Assembly (NCBI GenBank): GCA_052426225.1
Contig: JBNJNM010000006.1
Location: 1 to 64,000 of the forward strand
DNA from: Zancudomyces culisetae HAW-14-8
Lineage: Eukaryota > Fungi > Kickxellomycota
Length of the DNA stretch: 64,000 nucleotides
Direction: 5' to 3'
Shown here: positions 47,125 to 60,500 of the stretch, in pieces
Numbering within the stretch: the stretch's first letter is position 1
Layout of the letters: the number at the start of each line of letters is the position of its first letter
The notes under the pieces: model-generated
What the model was told of the DNA's origin: nothing
The model's database searches: none
What the model saw: only the letters and a program-made list of their open reading frames with translations
Program-made: the position numbers and the translations under genes

Positions 47125-49558
47125 TGTACTATTCTTTGTATCTATCTCAGTTCTTAATGCTAGATATGCTGCTTATGCCTCTTATGCTGCTTTATAATGA
47201 ATATTAAAGTTTAAATTTGAAAAAGTAGTGTCAGAATAGAAAAGATGGTTTGTAAAATTAAAATGAAACCTCTTGGTCTATTTATACAAGGAATCTAGAA
47301 GTTTTCCCGCTTATTCTTTATATATGTGGGTTTGTGTGGACTACCATAGCTAGTACAAAACCATACTGATCTAGTATAAAGCATATGAACTATTTTTATT
47401 TCTAAACTCCAGCACATTTTCTCTGATTACAGCATATCAAAACTCGTTTTACTCATAAATGCAATAAATTTTTAATATTATTCAAAAAAATTATCTATTA
47501 ATAGAACAGATATAAATAAATGTTAGCTTAGGATGGCATTACAAACTTATCTAATGATATGGCCAAAGGCTAGTCATTTTTTACTGGCTAATCAATATTT
47601 TAATGAGTGAAATGCTGATATTTTCAGGAAATGGTTTGTAAATGAGGCAGTGGTATTACAAAAAAAAAGTGTAATCGCAACCTTTGTAGTCCTTAGAAAG
47701 TTGCTGGTACTCGGTTTTATGAAATATAAAACCATATTTGCCAGTTTAGAAGGTTCTAAGAATAGCACGGGTAAAATTTTTTAGTTTTGATATTTCCTTA
47801 GTTATTTATAGAAATACTGGTGAAATTTTATAGTTTTCAAACACTACTGTATAGAACAAGCTACATAACAAAGGATTTCTAAAAGCATGAAAATTTAAAC
47901 CATGCCCTTATTGCAATTTGGCAGTGCTACACAGTAAAAAAGTTTTAGACATAATGAATAAGTGACACAGCCCTATGCTCTGGATAATTTAACCTGCCAA
48001 CAGCTTGCTCTGCATGAGATGAAACCCTCATTGGTGTATCTGCACTTTTACATAAAGAGTAATCAGGTAAAGTTGACCATTCCTCTAAACAGCACCTGAA
48101 ATTAACGGAATATGTATACTGCTGTTATTCATTTAAAGCCGCAAATTAAAATATACTCTAAAACATAATAGATATTGGTGCAACGCCATACAAACGCCAT
48201 TAATTTTAGCAATTTGGATTGTAATCGATGGTGAAAAGTCTTTGCGAGAAAATTTCTGATAGCTTTATTGAGTGTGGGTATATATGCAACACGCTTGTTC
48301 AGTTGACAGATAAATACTATCAACCTGTTTGTAAAGCGGGGTTTTCAGTAATTAGAATTACACTAACACTTTTCATAAAGATATGATAAAAATAGGCAGA
48401 GAAAAAACAATAGTCATCTAACGCTTTTGTGTTGAGCTTATTACCTGAAAGAAGCTTTCTAGCAAGTCTCATGAGCTAGTAACAGTTTAGTATCAAACTC
48501 CACCAAAGTTGACTACATCTTTACCAAGATATATATTTCACATTTCCTAAAAGATTAATAGCACCCTTACTCTATCTTTTTTCAAAATGTTATATTTCAG
48601 CTCACATTAAATATATAATTTTATAGAAAAATAATGTTTTTCAAAACTAATGGACTAGTATATTTATTTCGTTTTTACTTATCTAACTCGAAAAATCAAA
48701 AAATAGGATGAACTTGATTTCAACTACATATCCATGACATACACTTTAATATTTTTACATGATGGATAGTTCGGCAAATGCCACGCAAAATAATGATAAA
48801 CATCAATGTATTATTTGTTATTTATTTAATACCCCTCAAAACGGAGAGTAAATCAACATGTTTCGTATCACCAATTGAACTTGAAATAAAATTTGTTCGC
48901 ATTGCTTCCAAATTCACAACAACATTGTTGAATACAGACTAGCAGGAATTATACTAAACTACACATCCCTCTACACCGCATCCTTCAGCACTACTAGAAA
49001 AATTTAAACGTTTAATGCATAAACATTTGTGAACAAAAAAATCAAGCAAGGATGCTGAACCATTGGTAAAGCGACTATCAGGAGGAGCTCCCAGATTTTC
49101 AAGAAGGCTGCTGAAGAAGAGGCGGTTTGCTTGGATATTTAGCGATACTGGCTTGATACGCCCTAATTGGGGATATTTATATGAGTCCTTGATGTATTAC
49201 AGTAAAAATAACACCTGCAACGTCACATAACAAAATGAGTTATGTTTGAGCTATATGACTTTAAATGGTGTCGTTCGAAAACAAGTCAAGGGATAGCTCT
49301 CTTTAAGAAAGTTTATTTCAAAGTTATTTGCATTCGGGTTCAGGAGGTGGGGGGGGGGGGGGTGAGAAGAATTTTATGACATGCTTCTTATCTTTATTGA
49401 TAGATACTGACTACTACTCATCAATTAAAACACAATATCAAGATTTAGTCTAATCATTGTAAACGATAGGTAAGATATGTTTTACCATACAGAAAGAATC
49501 TATGAGTATAAAAAGTTATTTACAAACGTGATGTGCATTGAACCCAACAAATAAAACA

Positions 49559-52054
49559 CTATCCAGACTTGGTAAACCTAAGAAGGCTAACTACAGTAAC
49601 AGGAGTAAGGCCTTCAATGCTTTTTGCGGTAGCAAGATTTGAGGGTCGTACTTTTTCTAGCTTTTCTACCTCTTCATTTGAAATGCTACCGATGGATCTA
49701 TAGTCTATGTCTACGGGTAGTTTTAAAGATAGGTCTGTTCTATACAAATCTATATCATTCCTCTGTTTTATCAAATAGTAGTGATACTTTTCCTGGATTA
49801 AAACACGATTCCTAATATTTTGGTTTATAAATTTCCATGACGGAAGAAGACAAGAAAGAAAAACGTCAATCTCTTCAATTGTGTTACCCAACATTCCTAA
49901 ACGCACCAGTTCTAACGCTGAATGTTTTGATCCATCCCTCCCTACACTATTAATCGTTTTTGTTCTATGCTCAAGTTCTTTTTGGCTCATAAATGAGCTG
50001 AGATGCGGAAATATTTGGTTATAAGCCTGACTTAGTGATGTAGGGGTTATTCGGGTTGAACCAAGTAGTTCAGTGGTAGCTGTAATTTGCTCAACTACCT
50101 GTTGTAACTCTTTACGCCTTTGTTCCAGATTTGTTGAGACAACACCAGCATCGATTGCGCGTTGCGTTAGCCGCAAATCAGCATTATCTGCACGTGTGAA
50201 CAGACGGTACTCAGACTGCGATGTGAAAACTCTGTAAGGTTCAAAAACCCCCTTCGTAACCAAGTCGTCTATTAAAACTCCAATGTGCCCGTCAGCCCTA
50301 TCTATCACAAAGTTTTTTTTGCCGAGTGCAGATAAACCAGCATTTGCGCCAGCAACGATTCCCTGTGCGGCTGCTTCTTCATACCCAGTGGAGCCATTAA
50401 TTTGCCCCGCCATAAACAACCCCTTGATACGTTTCGATTCTAAAGTATGTGTCAATTCTCTAGGATCAATGTGATCATATTCTACACCATATCCAGGTTG
50501 GACCATTTCTACGTTTTCAAGCCCATCCATCATCCGTAGCATTTTTAGCTGGATATCTTCAGGCATTGTATTGCTAAATCCATTAGGATAAATTATATCT
50601 GAGTTTTCTGGTAAGCCTTCCGGCTCTAGCCATATTATATGTGATTTTTTGGAACTGAACCGTTTTACTTTTGCTTCGAGCGAGGGACAATAACGAGGAC
50701 CTCGGACAGACTCTCGAATATGAATACTTTGGTGAAAATTATCCCGAAGTAATGAATGCAGACCTTCATTAGTCCTAGTCTTAAAGCATGAAATTTGATT
50801 GTCTTTGTGACGAACTTCTTTACTAACAAAAGAAAATGGCTCTGGATTCTTATCGCCAAGCTGTCGTTCTAGTGAACTAAAATTGATTGACTTTTCCAAA
50901 AGTCTTGGCGGTGTTCCTGTTTTCAGTCTTCCTAACCGAAAACCTGCTCTTTTCAGCGACTCTGACAGCCTTCTTGATGCGTTTTCCCCTATCCTTCCAG
51001 CAGAAAAGCTCTTCATCCCAATGTGGATTTCGCCTCCAAGAAAGGTTCCAGTAGTGATCACTACTGATCTGCCGAATATATTTCCACTCCCATCTACGTA
51101 TTTGCCTAACTGGTCCACATCCCCTTTGTTAGGACATATATTTATTCCATATGTTGTACCCATACTTAGTGCTTCGGTGTAATCTTTAGTTGCAAGGTCT
51201 GCAAGTTTACTTTCGTCGTTACACATCCAAAGTAAATCTGTTACTTTTGCTTCTAAAATTGTCAGATTTTTTAGCTTTTTGATTTCTTTTTGCATTTCGC
51301 TCTTGTAGATTATTCTATCAACCTGTGCTCTTGGCCCATAAACTGCAGGCCCCTTTGATTTGTTTAATATTCTAAACATTATGCCTCCTAAGTCTGATTC
51401 ATAGCAATATTTGGTTTCTTTTAATAAGAAATCGATCCAAAAGCAAGTTAAAAAACAAAGAATAAATCGATTTAAATGCTTGTTTACCTACTATCCGGCC
51501 GCACAATCCATCCATAGCATCAATCTCTTTTACTAAAATACCCTTCCCAACACCTCCAAAGCTGGGATTACAAGACATCTCCCCTTTTGGTATACGTATT
51601 TAAATATTATGTTAGTTTCTAATCTTTTAAGTAGTAATTCGGCCAAGTAGATGAAATTTATATAAATACTAAAAAAAATGAATAAAAATCTGATCTTAAA
51701 ATCTAGGATTTTGAAAAACAATATCTTCGAATCCTGGTTGATCAATACCTTACCTATATTGCTGAAATCCGGTGTAACCAGCAACGTCTTGGCGCCTACT
51801 CTAGCTGCAGCTGCCGAAGCCTCAATTCCTGCATGCCCACCACCAATCACTATTACGTCCCATACTTCTTCTCTTGAGTCGAACAAATTATTTTTCCATA
51901 CTTCGGCCTGGCTTTTGTTTTGAATTTGTGTATTCTCATGCTTTACTTTTGGAAAAAATGTTTTAGATTCGGTACTGAATAACTTTGCAGGAAAATATTG
52001 TGCCCAGTGTGGTACCTTTGTAGTGATCCTCGCTCCACGAAAAAAGGAGTTCAT
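49559..52054 (-). CDS. MTO1: Mitochondrial tRNA U34 modification enzyme MTO1 (GidA/MnmG), 3 exons
   Basis: Exons 52054-51754, 51583-51488, 51393-49559. Motifs [74 protein letters not shown]. Confidence 0.97.
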
Positions 52055-54596
52055 GTTAACTGCACGTATTTTTTTGCACGGATCTAGACTAAGGTAATTG
52101 ATTTTGTATATTATTGGGACTGAGATTTTGTTAATATTATGAATTGGGGTTTTTTATAATTTGCAAGAACCAATTTTTTTTTCATAAAAAAAAAAAAGAA
52201 AAACCAGCTAGTTGATCAAACCTCAAACAGCCAGATTAAAATCTTTTAACTTTTTAATTTTCGACAATATCACTGGAGCAGCTTAGTTGATCAAATATTG
52301 CAACTATAATATCTAAAATATAGCAGGAACAAAGTGGTGCCAATGTTGTAAAAAAAAGAATAAACATACTAAAAAACACAAGACTGGTCGCAGAGCTTTT
52401 AGTATACAAGCTCTAAAAAAAATTTAAAGTTTATGCTATAGTAAGCTATAGTCACTTTACAATAAGGATTTGATCTAGACTCGAATTGTGAAAATATTTC
52501 GATATAAAAAGCTAAGGGGGAATTAATTTTTACCAATCATAACCTAGATTTTTTTAAAATAAAGAATAATTGAACTTGGAATAAACTAGCATTATCATGA
52601 GTGTTTTACTTTATTCAAAGAAGTTGACCTACAGTTAATTTAGAATTTAGAACCATTATGAGGCTCGCAGATACTCACAAAAAACTCTATGCTCGTAGGC
52701 TTTAAATCAATAAACATGGATCCCACAGGATGATACCAATCAACAATAAATTCTGAGTAGTGGAGTTTTCAGATAGATACAATTGTAACTTGACCGCAGA
52801 AAACGGCTGTAAATTGTATATACTGTGTAAATTTGTATTTATATTAGTATAGTCCATATAGCCCTGGTATATGATCCATCTGTCTCTTTGGTTGCACATT
52901 TAGTTTTGTGTAAACTTTTTAGTAATAGATAACTAGCAAAATTGCCGTTTGGTGGTTAAGTTACGCTTTATATGAAATATGAAAAGCACATTGGCTTTTG
53001 AAAAATTTTGGTATTACAAATATCGATTTCGCTAAACCTTTTAGAAAATGTGACTATAAAAGCGAGATCAAAATCATATTCACTAATCAACGCTTACACA
53101 TTAAAGCCAATGAATATACTTCTAGTCCAAGTAACAATGTTAAGAAAATAGGTTTATATACTTTAAAATACTTTTCAATTACCATAGTGCGCAAAAAAAA
53201 TCATATATGTAATCATTGGCACCCAAGAAAAAGCTTGTAACTATAAAACTGTACCAGTTCTGATCCTATACCATGCAAGAAATACAAGTGAGCATACTTG
53301 CTTATGTCGTTTTTATCGTACCAAATGAGTGTTAAATCCTTACTACTTTTGGTGAAAATGAAAATATCATCTATTTAGCGTTTTGGATATATAGTAAAAT
53401 TGGAAACCCATTTCTTTTACCAATTACACCATTTCAAAGTTAGAAAAAGGACAACTTTGGCAATAATTCGCAAATTTTTTTTGATTCTAAAAAATATAAT
53501 TGATGTTCCTTAAAAAAAAATACTGATCGTAAATTTATCAATATATCAGCTAACAGCTAGGTAGGATTTATATTCATAAAAAACTTCGGAGCCGTTTTTA
53601 AATAAGTACTTTTTTATTTAGCCCTCCATCCCGGTTTTTTCATGCAAAAAATAAAGATATGGTCAAATTATTCAATAACCCTATTACCTTTCTTGGGAGA
53701 TTCTAAACCATTTCTCTCCTATTATGCCATTACGAAACTTTCCCTAAAAAAATAGTAGTACATAATGTACATCTACATGCTAGTCCCCATATTTAATAAA
53801 AAGCCGAATTTCACATTATGGACGAATTTGAATATTCATATCAATAAATCCATTTGTGAAGATACGTCTCTACACTTTTACTGGTCGCTTTCTACTTCAC
53901 AACAAAGTGTTCTATTTCCGGAATAATCGATATAACTTTATAATTTCAATCAAATATTAGTAAAGCCAAAAAGAACGAGGTAGAAGTGATTAGCTGGCAA
54001 TTTATAATCTTCTTATGAAAAATCATGCATAAAGTTGCTGACTAACGAATATCTATAAATAGATTGGTATATTTATTGCAGAGTCGGGAGCAAGAAACCG
54101 CACCCTGTCTCCCAAAAAAAAAAAGCGGTATTAATGAAATCGCAACAGCAGATTCATGAATTGAGACTTTTGGAATAAAATGCGTAAGATTTGAAAACGA
54201 GAGGTGGGGTCTAGTAGTCCAAAGAAGCACTCAATACATTAATTCAATTAAGAGAGCTAAAAATAACAAATTAAACCTGGATAACATAATGATTACATAC
54301 AAAAAATAGATATAAGAGGTGCAATAATGACATGATAAAAATATTGTATATAATTTGCGATAGTGTAAAGAGATATATAATAATATTATGTAAGGTAAAA
54401 AATATGGCAGTTTAAAAATAGAGAAAAGGAAAATACATGCACTAAAAAGTAGTATATAAACAGAAGCTATTTCCTTGAGATGATCAATACGCATTTTTTT
54501 CTCTTTCAAGAGTATCTCCTCGTTTACTCTGAAATAGGCATCATAAAAAAAAAACTAGCATTCAGAAAAAAAGCATTTCATTCAACTTAAAGTAAT

Positions 54597-57500
54597 ATGC
54601 AATTCAAGATCTCATTGGCAACGCTTGGGCTGTATCTTGCAAGCCTCACACCAGCATTTTCCGAGCCTATTCCAGATGCTGGGTCGGACCAATTCCTTGA
54701 AAGAGATTTGGCCAAAAGAGGGATGTCCAACAGGATAATTGGTGGTACACCTGCATCTTTTAGCAATTATGAGTACATTGCCTATTTTAAAATCAAAGGA
54801 AACGATAACTTCAGATGTACAGCAGATCTTATAGCTCCAAATGTCGTTTTAGCGCCCGCTCATTGTCTTTATAACCCAGGATATGACTTAATTAACAATT
54901 TGGATCTAATTCAAATTGGATTAGGAAGCGTAGATCCAATTACTGATAGTTCACCTAATATATATAAAGTAAAGAGTGTTGAAATACACCCAGAATACAA
55001 AAATAAGGACCCATACAAGGATGATCTTGCTCTGTTGTTCCTTGATGAGTGCGTAAGTACCGATGTGGCCGTTCCCATAGAAATAGATTCCACTCCTATT
55101 GATCGCAATGGGCGCTTTATAACTGCCGGATTTGGAATCACTGTATTCGGAAATGGCGCAGTTTCAGTTCTTAACGAACTTAATGTTTCACAGGGAAGAC
55201 AAGACTATTGTAATACCATGTTTCCAACCGATAATGCTGCTGGAAAAGTATTTTGTGTTGGAGTCACAAACACAAGCACCATATGTAGCGGTGACTCAGG
55301 AGGACCAATAACAGGAACTGACTACAAGAAGCTAAATGGTATTGCAAGTACCATAATAACGGTAAACGGAAAGAGTTGTGATGCAGATAGCACAGTTGGA
55401 GTGTATATGATGATGTCTTACTATTGGGATAACTTTATTTCAAAGTATGTGAGCTGCACAGGACCAAACTGTGATGTAGCTGAATGTAGTGCCTCAAGCA
55501 GTACATCATCATCATCAAGCTCAACTGATTCTTCATCAACTGAGTCAAGCTCAACTGAATCATCCTCAACTGAATCTTCATCAACCGAGTCAAGCTCAAC
55601 TGATTCAAGCTCAACTGATTCATCAAGCTCAACCGAGTCTTCATCAACCGAGTCATCCTCAACCGAGTCTTCATCAACTGATTCATCATCAACCGAGTCT
55701 TCATCAACTGATTCATCATCAACCGAGTCTTCATCAACTGATTCATCATCAACCGAGTCAAGCTCAACTGATTCATCATCAACCGAGTCAAGCTCAACTG
55801 ATTCATCATCAACCGAGTCAAGCTCAACTGATTCATCATCAACCGAGTCAAGCTCAACTGATTCATCCTCAACTGATTCAAGCTCAACTGATTCTTCATC
55901 AACTGATTCAAGCTCAACCGAGTCATCATCAACTGAGTCAAGCTCAACTGATTCTTCATCAACTGAGTCAAGCTCAACTGATTCTTCATCAACTGAGTCA
56001 AGCTCAACTGATTCTTCATCAACTGAGTCAAGCTCAACTGATTCATCAAGCTCAACCGAGTCATCCTCAACTGAGTCAAGCTCAACTGATTCATCCTCAA
56101 CTGATTCATCAACTGATTCATCATCAACCGAGTCAAGCTCAACCGAGTCATCCTCAACTGAATCATCCTCAACTGATTCAAGCTCAACTGATTCATCAAG
56201 CTCAACCGAGTCTTCATCAACCGAGTCATCATCAACTGATTCTTCATCAACCGAGTCAAGCTCAACTGAGTCTTCATCAACTGAGTCTTCATCAACTGAT
56301 TCATCATCAACCGAGTCAAGCTCAACTGATTCATCCTCAACTGATTCAAGCTCAACTGATTCTTCATCAACTGATTCAAGCTCAACTGATTCTTCATCAA
56401 CTGATTCAAGCTCAACCGAGTCATCATCAACTGAGTCAAGCTCAACTGATTCTTCATCAACTGAGTCAAGCTCAACTGATTCTTCATCAACTGATTCAAG
56501 CTCAACTGATTCTTCATCAACTGAGTCAAGCTCAACTGATTCTTCATCAACTGATTCAAGCTCAACCGAGTCATCATCAACTGAGTCAAGCTCAACTGAT
56601 TCTTCATCAACTGAGTCAAGCTCAACTGATTCTTCATCAACTGAGTCAAGCTCAACTGATTCAAGCTCAACTGATTCTTCATCAACTGAGTCAAGCTCAA
56701 CCGAATCTTCATCAACCGAGTCAAGCTCAACTGATTCAAGCTCAACCGAGTCATCATCAACCGAGTCATCATCAACCGAGTCATCATCAACCGAGTCAAG
56801 CTCAACTGATTCAAGCTCAACTGATTCATCCTCAACTGATTCATCCTCAACTGAGTCAAGCTCAACTGATTCATCAAGCTCAACCGAGTCTTCATCAACT
56901 GAGTCTTCATCAACTGATTCTTCATCAACCGAGTCTTCATCAACCGAGTCATCCAGCTCTACACATGTTAACTGTTCTGATTCATCCAGTCAAATCGATG
57001 TTTCTCAAGGATCCGGTGATAGCTCAGTTATCAGTTACAACTGGGACAGTGCTATTGATGTTACTTGTTCATCTCAGGACTTTTTAATTACATTTGAAGT
57101 TGATCAAACTTCTGATATCTATTTTGCAATCAGCACACAAAAAACTTTGCTCACTGGTAGTGATGTAATTGAGGGTGTGATTGGTGTAAACACTGGTTCT
57201 TGGTACATTGGAACTTCGGTATATTCTAAGGAAGAAGATGTCATGTCAGGTGCGGCAGATACTCAAAAGGTATATGTTCAGGTCAACAGTTCAGGAATTA
57301 GCATTGGATTGGTGGGAAGCAGCACATCAATTTTGACACTTTTACCAAGTGACTACGATGCTAGCGTATTTACAAAGTCACCAAGTGCATGGCTTGCATT
57401 TGGTGCTGAGAAAGACTCAACATCAATTAAAAATGTAGAGTATAACTGTAACGATTCTACTTGTGCAAATTCATCCAGCTCAACCGAATCAAGCTCAACC

Positions 57501-60500
57501 GAGTCATCCTCAACCGAGTCATCCTCAACCGAGTCTTCATCAACTGAGTCAAGCTCAACTGATTCATCCTCAACTGATTCAAGCTCAACTGATTCATCAA
57601 GCTCAACCGAGTCTTCATCAACTGATTCAAGCTCAACCGAGTCAAGCTCAACTGAATCATCATCAACTGATTCATCATCAACCGAGTCAAGCTCAACCGA
57701 GTCATCCTCAACTGATTCAAGCTCAACTGATTCATCAAGCTCAACTGATTCATCAAGCTCAACCGAGTCTTCGTCAACCGAGTTTTCATCAACTGAATCA
57801 AGCTCAACTGATTCAAGCTCAACTGAATCATCCTCAACTGATTCATCCTCAACTGATTCATCAACCGAGTCTTCATCAACTGATTCATCAACCGAGTCTT
57901 CATCAACTGATTCATCATCAACCGAGTCAAGCTCAACTGAATCATCCTCAACCGAGTCATCCTCAACTGATTCAAGCTCAACTGAACCATCAAGCTCAAC
58001 CGATTCTTCATCAACTGATTCATCAAGCTCAACCAAGTCTTCATCAACTGATTCAAGCTCAACCGAGTCTTCATCAGCTGAGCCAAGCTCAACTGAATCA
58101 ACCAGCTCAACCGAATCATCAAGCTCAGCCGAGTCTTCATCAACTGAATCAAGCTCAACCAGCTCAACCGAGTCCTCAAGCTCAACCGAGTCATCCTCAA
58201 CTGATTCAAGCTCAACTGATTCATCCTCAACTGATTCATCCTCAACTGATTCATCAAGCTCAACTGATTCATCAAGCTCAACCGAGTCTTCATCAACTGA
58301 GTCTTCATCAACCGAGTCATCCTCAACTGATTCAAGCTCAACCGAGTCATCCAGCTCTACACATGTTAACTGCTCTGATTCATCCAGTCAAATCGATGTT
58401 TCTCAAGGATCCGGTGATAGCTCAGTTATCAGTTACAACTGGGACAGTGCTATTGATGTTACTTGTTCATCTCAGGACTTTTTAATTACATTTGAAGTTG
58501 ATCAAACTTCTGATATCTATTTTGCAATCAGCACACAAAAAACTTTGCTCACTGGTAGTGATGTAATTGAGGGTGTGATTGGTGTAAACACTGGTTCTTG
58601 GTACATTGGAACTTCGGTATATTCTAAGGAAGAAGATGTCATGTCAGGTGCGGCAGATACTCAAAAGGTATATGTTCAGGTCAACAGTTCAGGAATTAGC
58701 ATTGGATTGGTGGGAAGCAGCACATCAATTTTGACACTTTTACCAAGTGACTACGATGCTAGCGTATTTACAAAGTCACCAAGTGCATGGCTTGCATTTG
58801 GTGCTGAGAAAGACTCAACATCAATTAAAAATGTAGAGTATAACTGTAACGATTCTACTTGTGCAAATTCATCCAGCTCAACCGAGTCATCCTCAACCGA
58901 GTCTTCATCAACTGATTCTTCATCAACCGAGTCTTCATCAACTGAGCCAAGCTCAACTGAGTCAACCAGCTCAACTGACTCTTCAAGCTCAACCGAGTCT
59001 TCATCAACTGAGCCAAGCTCAACCAGCTCAACTGAATCAACCAGCTCAACCGAATCATCAAGCTCAACCGAGTCTTCATCAACTGAGCCAAGCTCAACCA
59101 GCTCAACCGAGTCCTCAAGCTCAACCGAATCAACCAGCTCAACTGAGTCCTCAAGCTCAACCGAATCAACCAGCTCAACTGAGTCTTCATCAACTGAGCC
59201 AAGCTCAACCAGCTCAACTGAATCAACCAGCTCAACCGAATCATCAAGCTCAACCGAGTCTTCATCAACTGAGCCAAGCTCAACCAGCTCAACCGAGTCC
59301 TCAAGCTCAACCGAATCAACCAGCTCAACTGAATCATCAAGCTCAACTGAGTCAACCAGCTCAACTGAATCATCAAGCTCAACCGAGTCTTCATCAACTG
59401 AGTCAAGCTCAACTGAATCATCAAGCTCAACTGAGTCAACCAGCTCAACTGAATCATCAAGCTCAACTGAGTCTTCATCAACTGAGCCAAGCTCAACCAG
59501 CTCAACTGAATCAACCAGCTCAACCGAATCATCAAGCTCAACCGAGTCTTCATCAACTGAGCCAAGCTCAACCAGCTCAACCGAGTCCTCAAGCTCAACC
59601 GAATCAACCAGCTCAACTGAATCATCAAGCTCAACTGAGTCAACCAGCTCAACTGAATCATCAAGCTCAACTGAGTCTTCATCAACTGAGCCAAGCTCAA
59701 CCAGCTCAACTGAATCAACCAGCTCAACCGAATCATCAAGCTCAACCGAGTCTTCATCAACTGAGCCAAGCTCAACCAGCTCAACCGAGTCCTCAAGCTC
59801 AACCGAATCAACCAGCTCAACTGAATCATCAAGCTCAACTGAGTCAACCAGCTCAACTGAATCATCAAGCTCAACCGAGTCTTCATCAACTGAGTCAAGC
59901 TCAACTGAATCATCAAGCTCAACTGAATCATCAAGCTCAACTGAGTCTTCATCAACTGAGCCAAGCTCAACCAGCTCAACTGAATCAACCAGCTCAACCG
60001 AATCATCAAGCTCAACCGAGTCTTCATCAACTGAGCCAAGCTCAACCAGCTCAACCGAGTCCTCAAGCTCAACCGAATCAACCAGCTCAACTGAATCATC
60101 AAGCTCAACTGAGTCAACCAGCTCAACCGAATCAACCAGCTCAACTGAATCATCAAGCTCAACTGAATCAACCAGCTCAACTGAATCATCAAGCTCAACT
60201 GAGTCAACCAGCTCAACTGAATCATCAAGCTCAACCGAGTCTTCATCAACTGAGTCAAGCTCAACTGAATCATCAAGCTCAACTGAGTCTTCATCAACTG
60301 AGCCAAGCTCAACCAGCTCAACCGAATCAACCAGCTCAACTGACTCTTCAAGCTCAACCGAGTCTTCATCAACTGAGCCAAGCTCAACCAGCTCAACCGA
60401 GTCCTCAAGCTCAACCGAGTCTTCATCAACTGAGCCAAGCTCAACCAGCTCAACTGAATCATCAACCAGCTCAACTGACTCTTCAAGCTCATCAAGCTCA

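Noticed and set aside
52600-54510. Short ORFs between MTO1 and the protease gene (and similar 60-100 aa ORFs at 10627, 13313, 18939, 25773, 35070, 39618, 48129, 63488)
   Set aside because: AT-rich low-complexity translations with no recognisable motif or coding signal.
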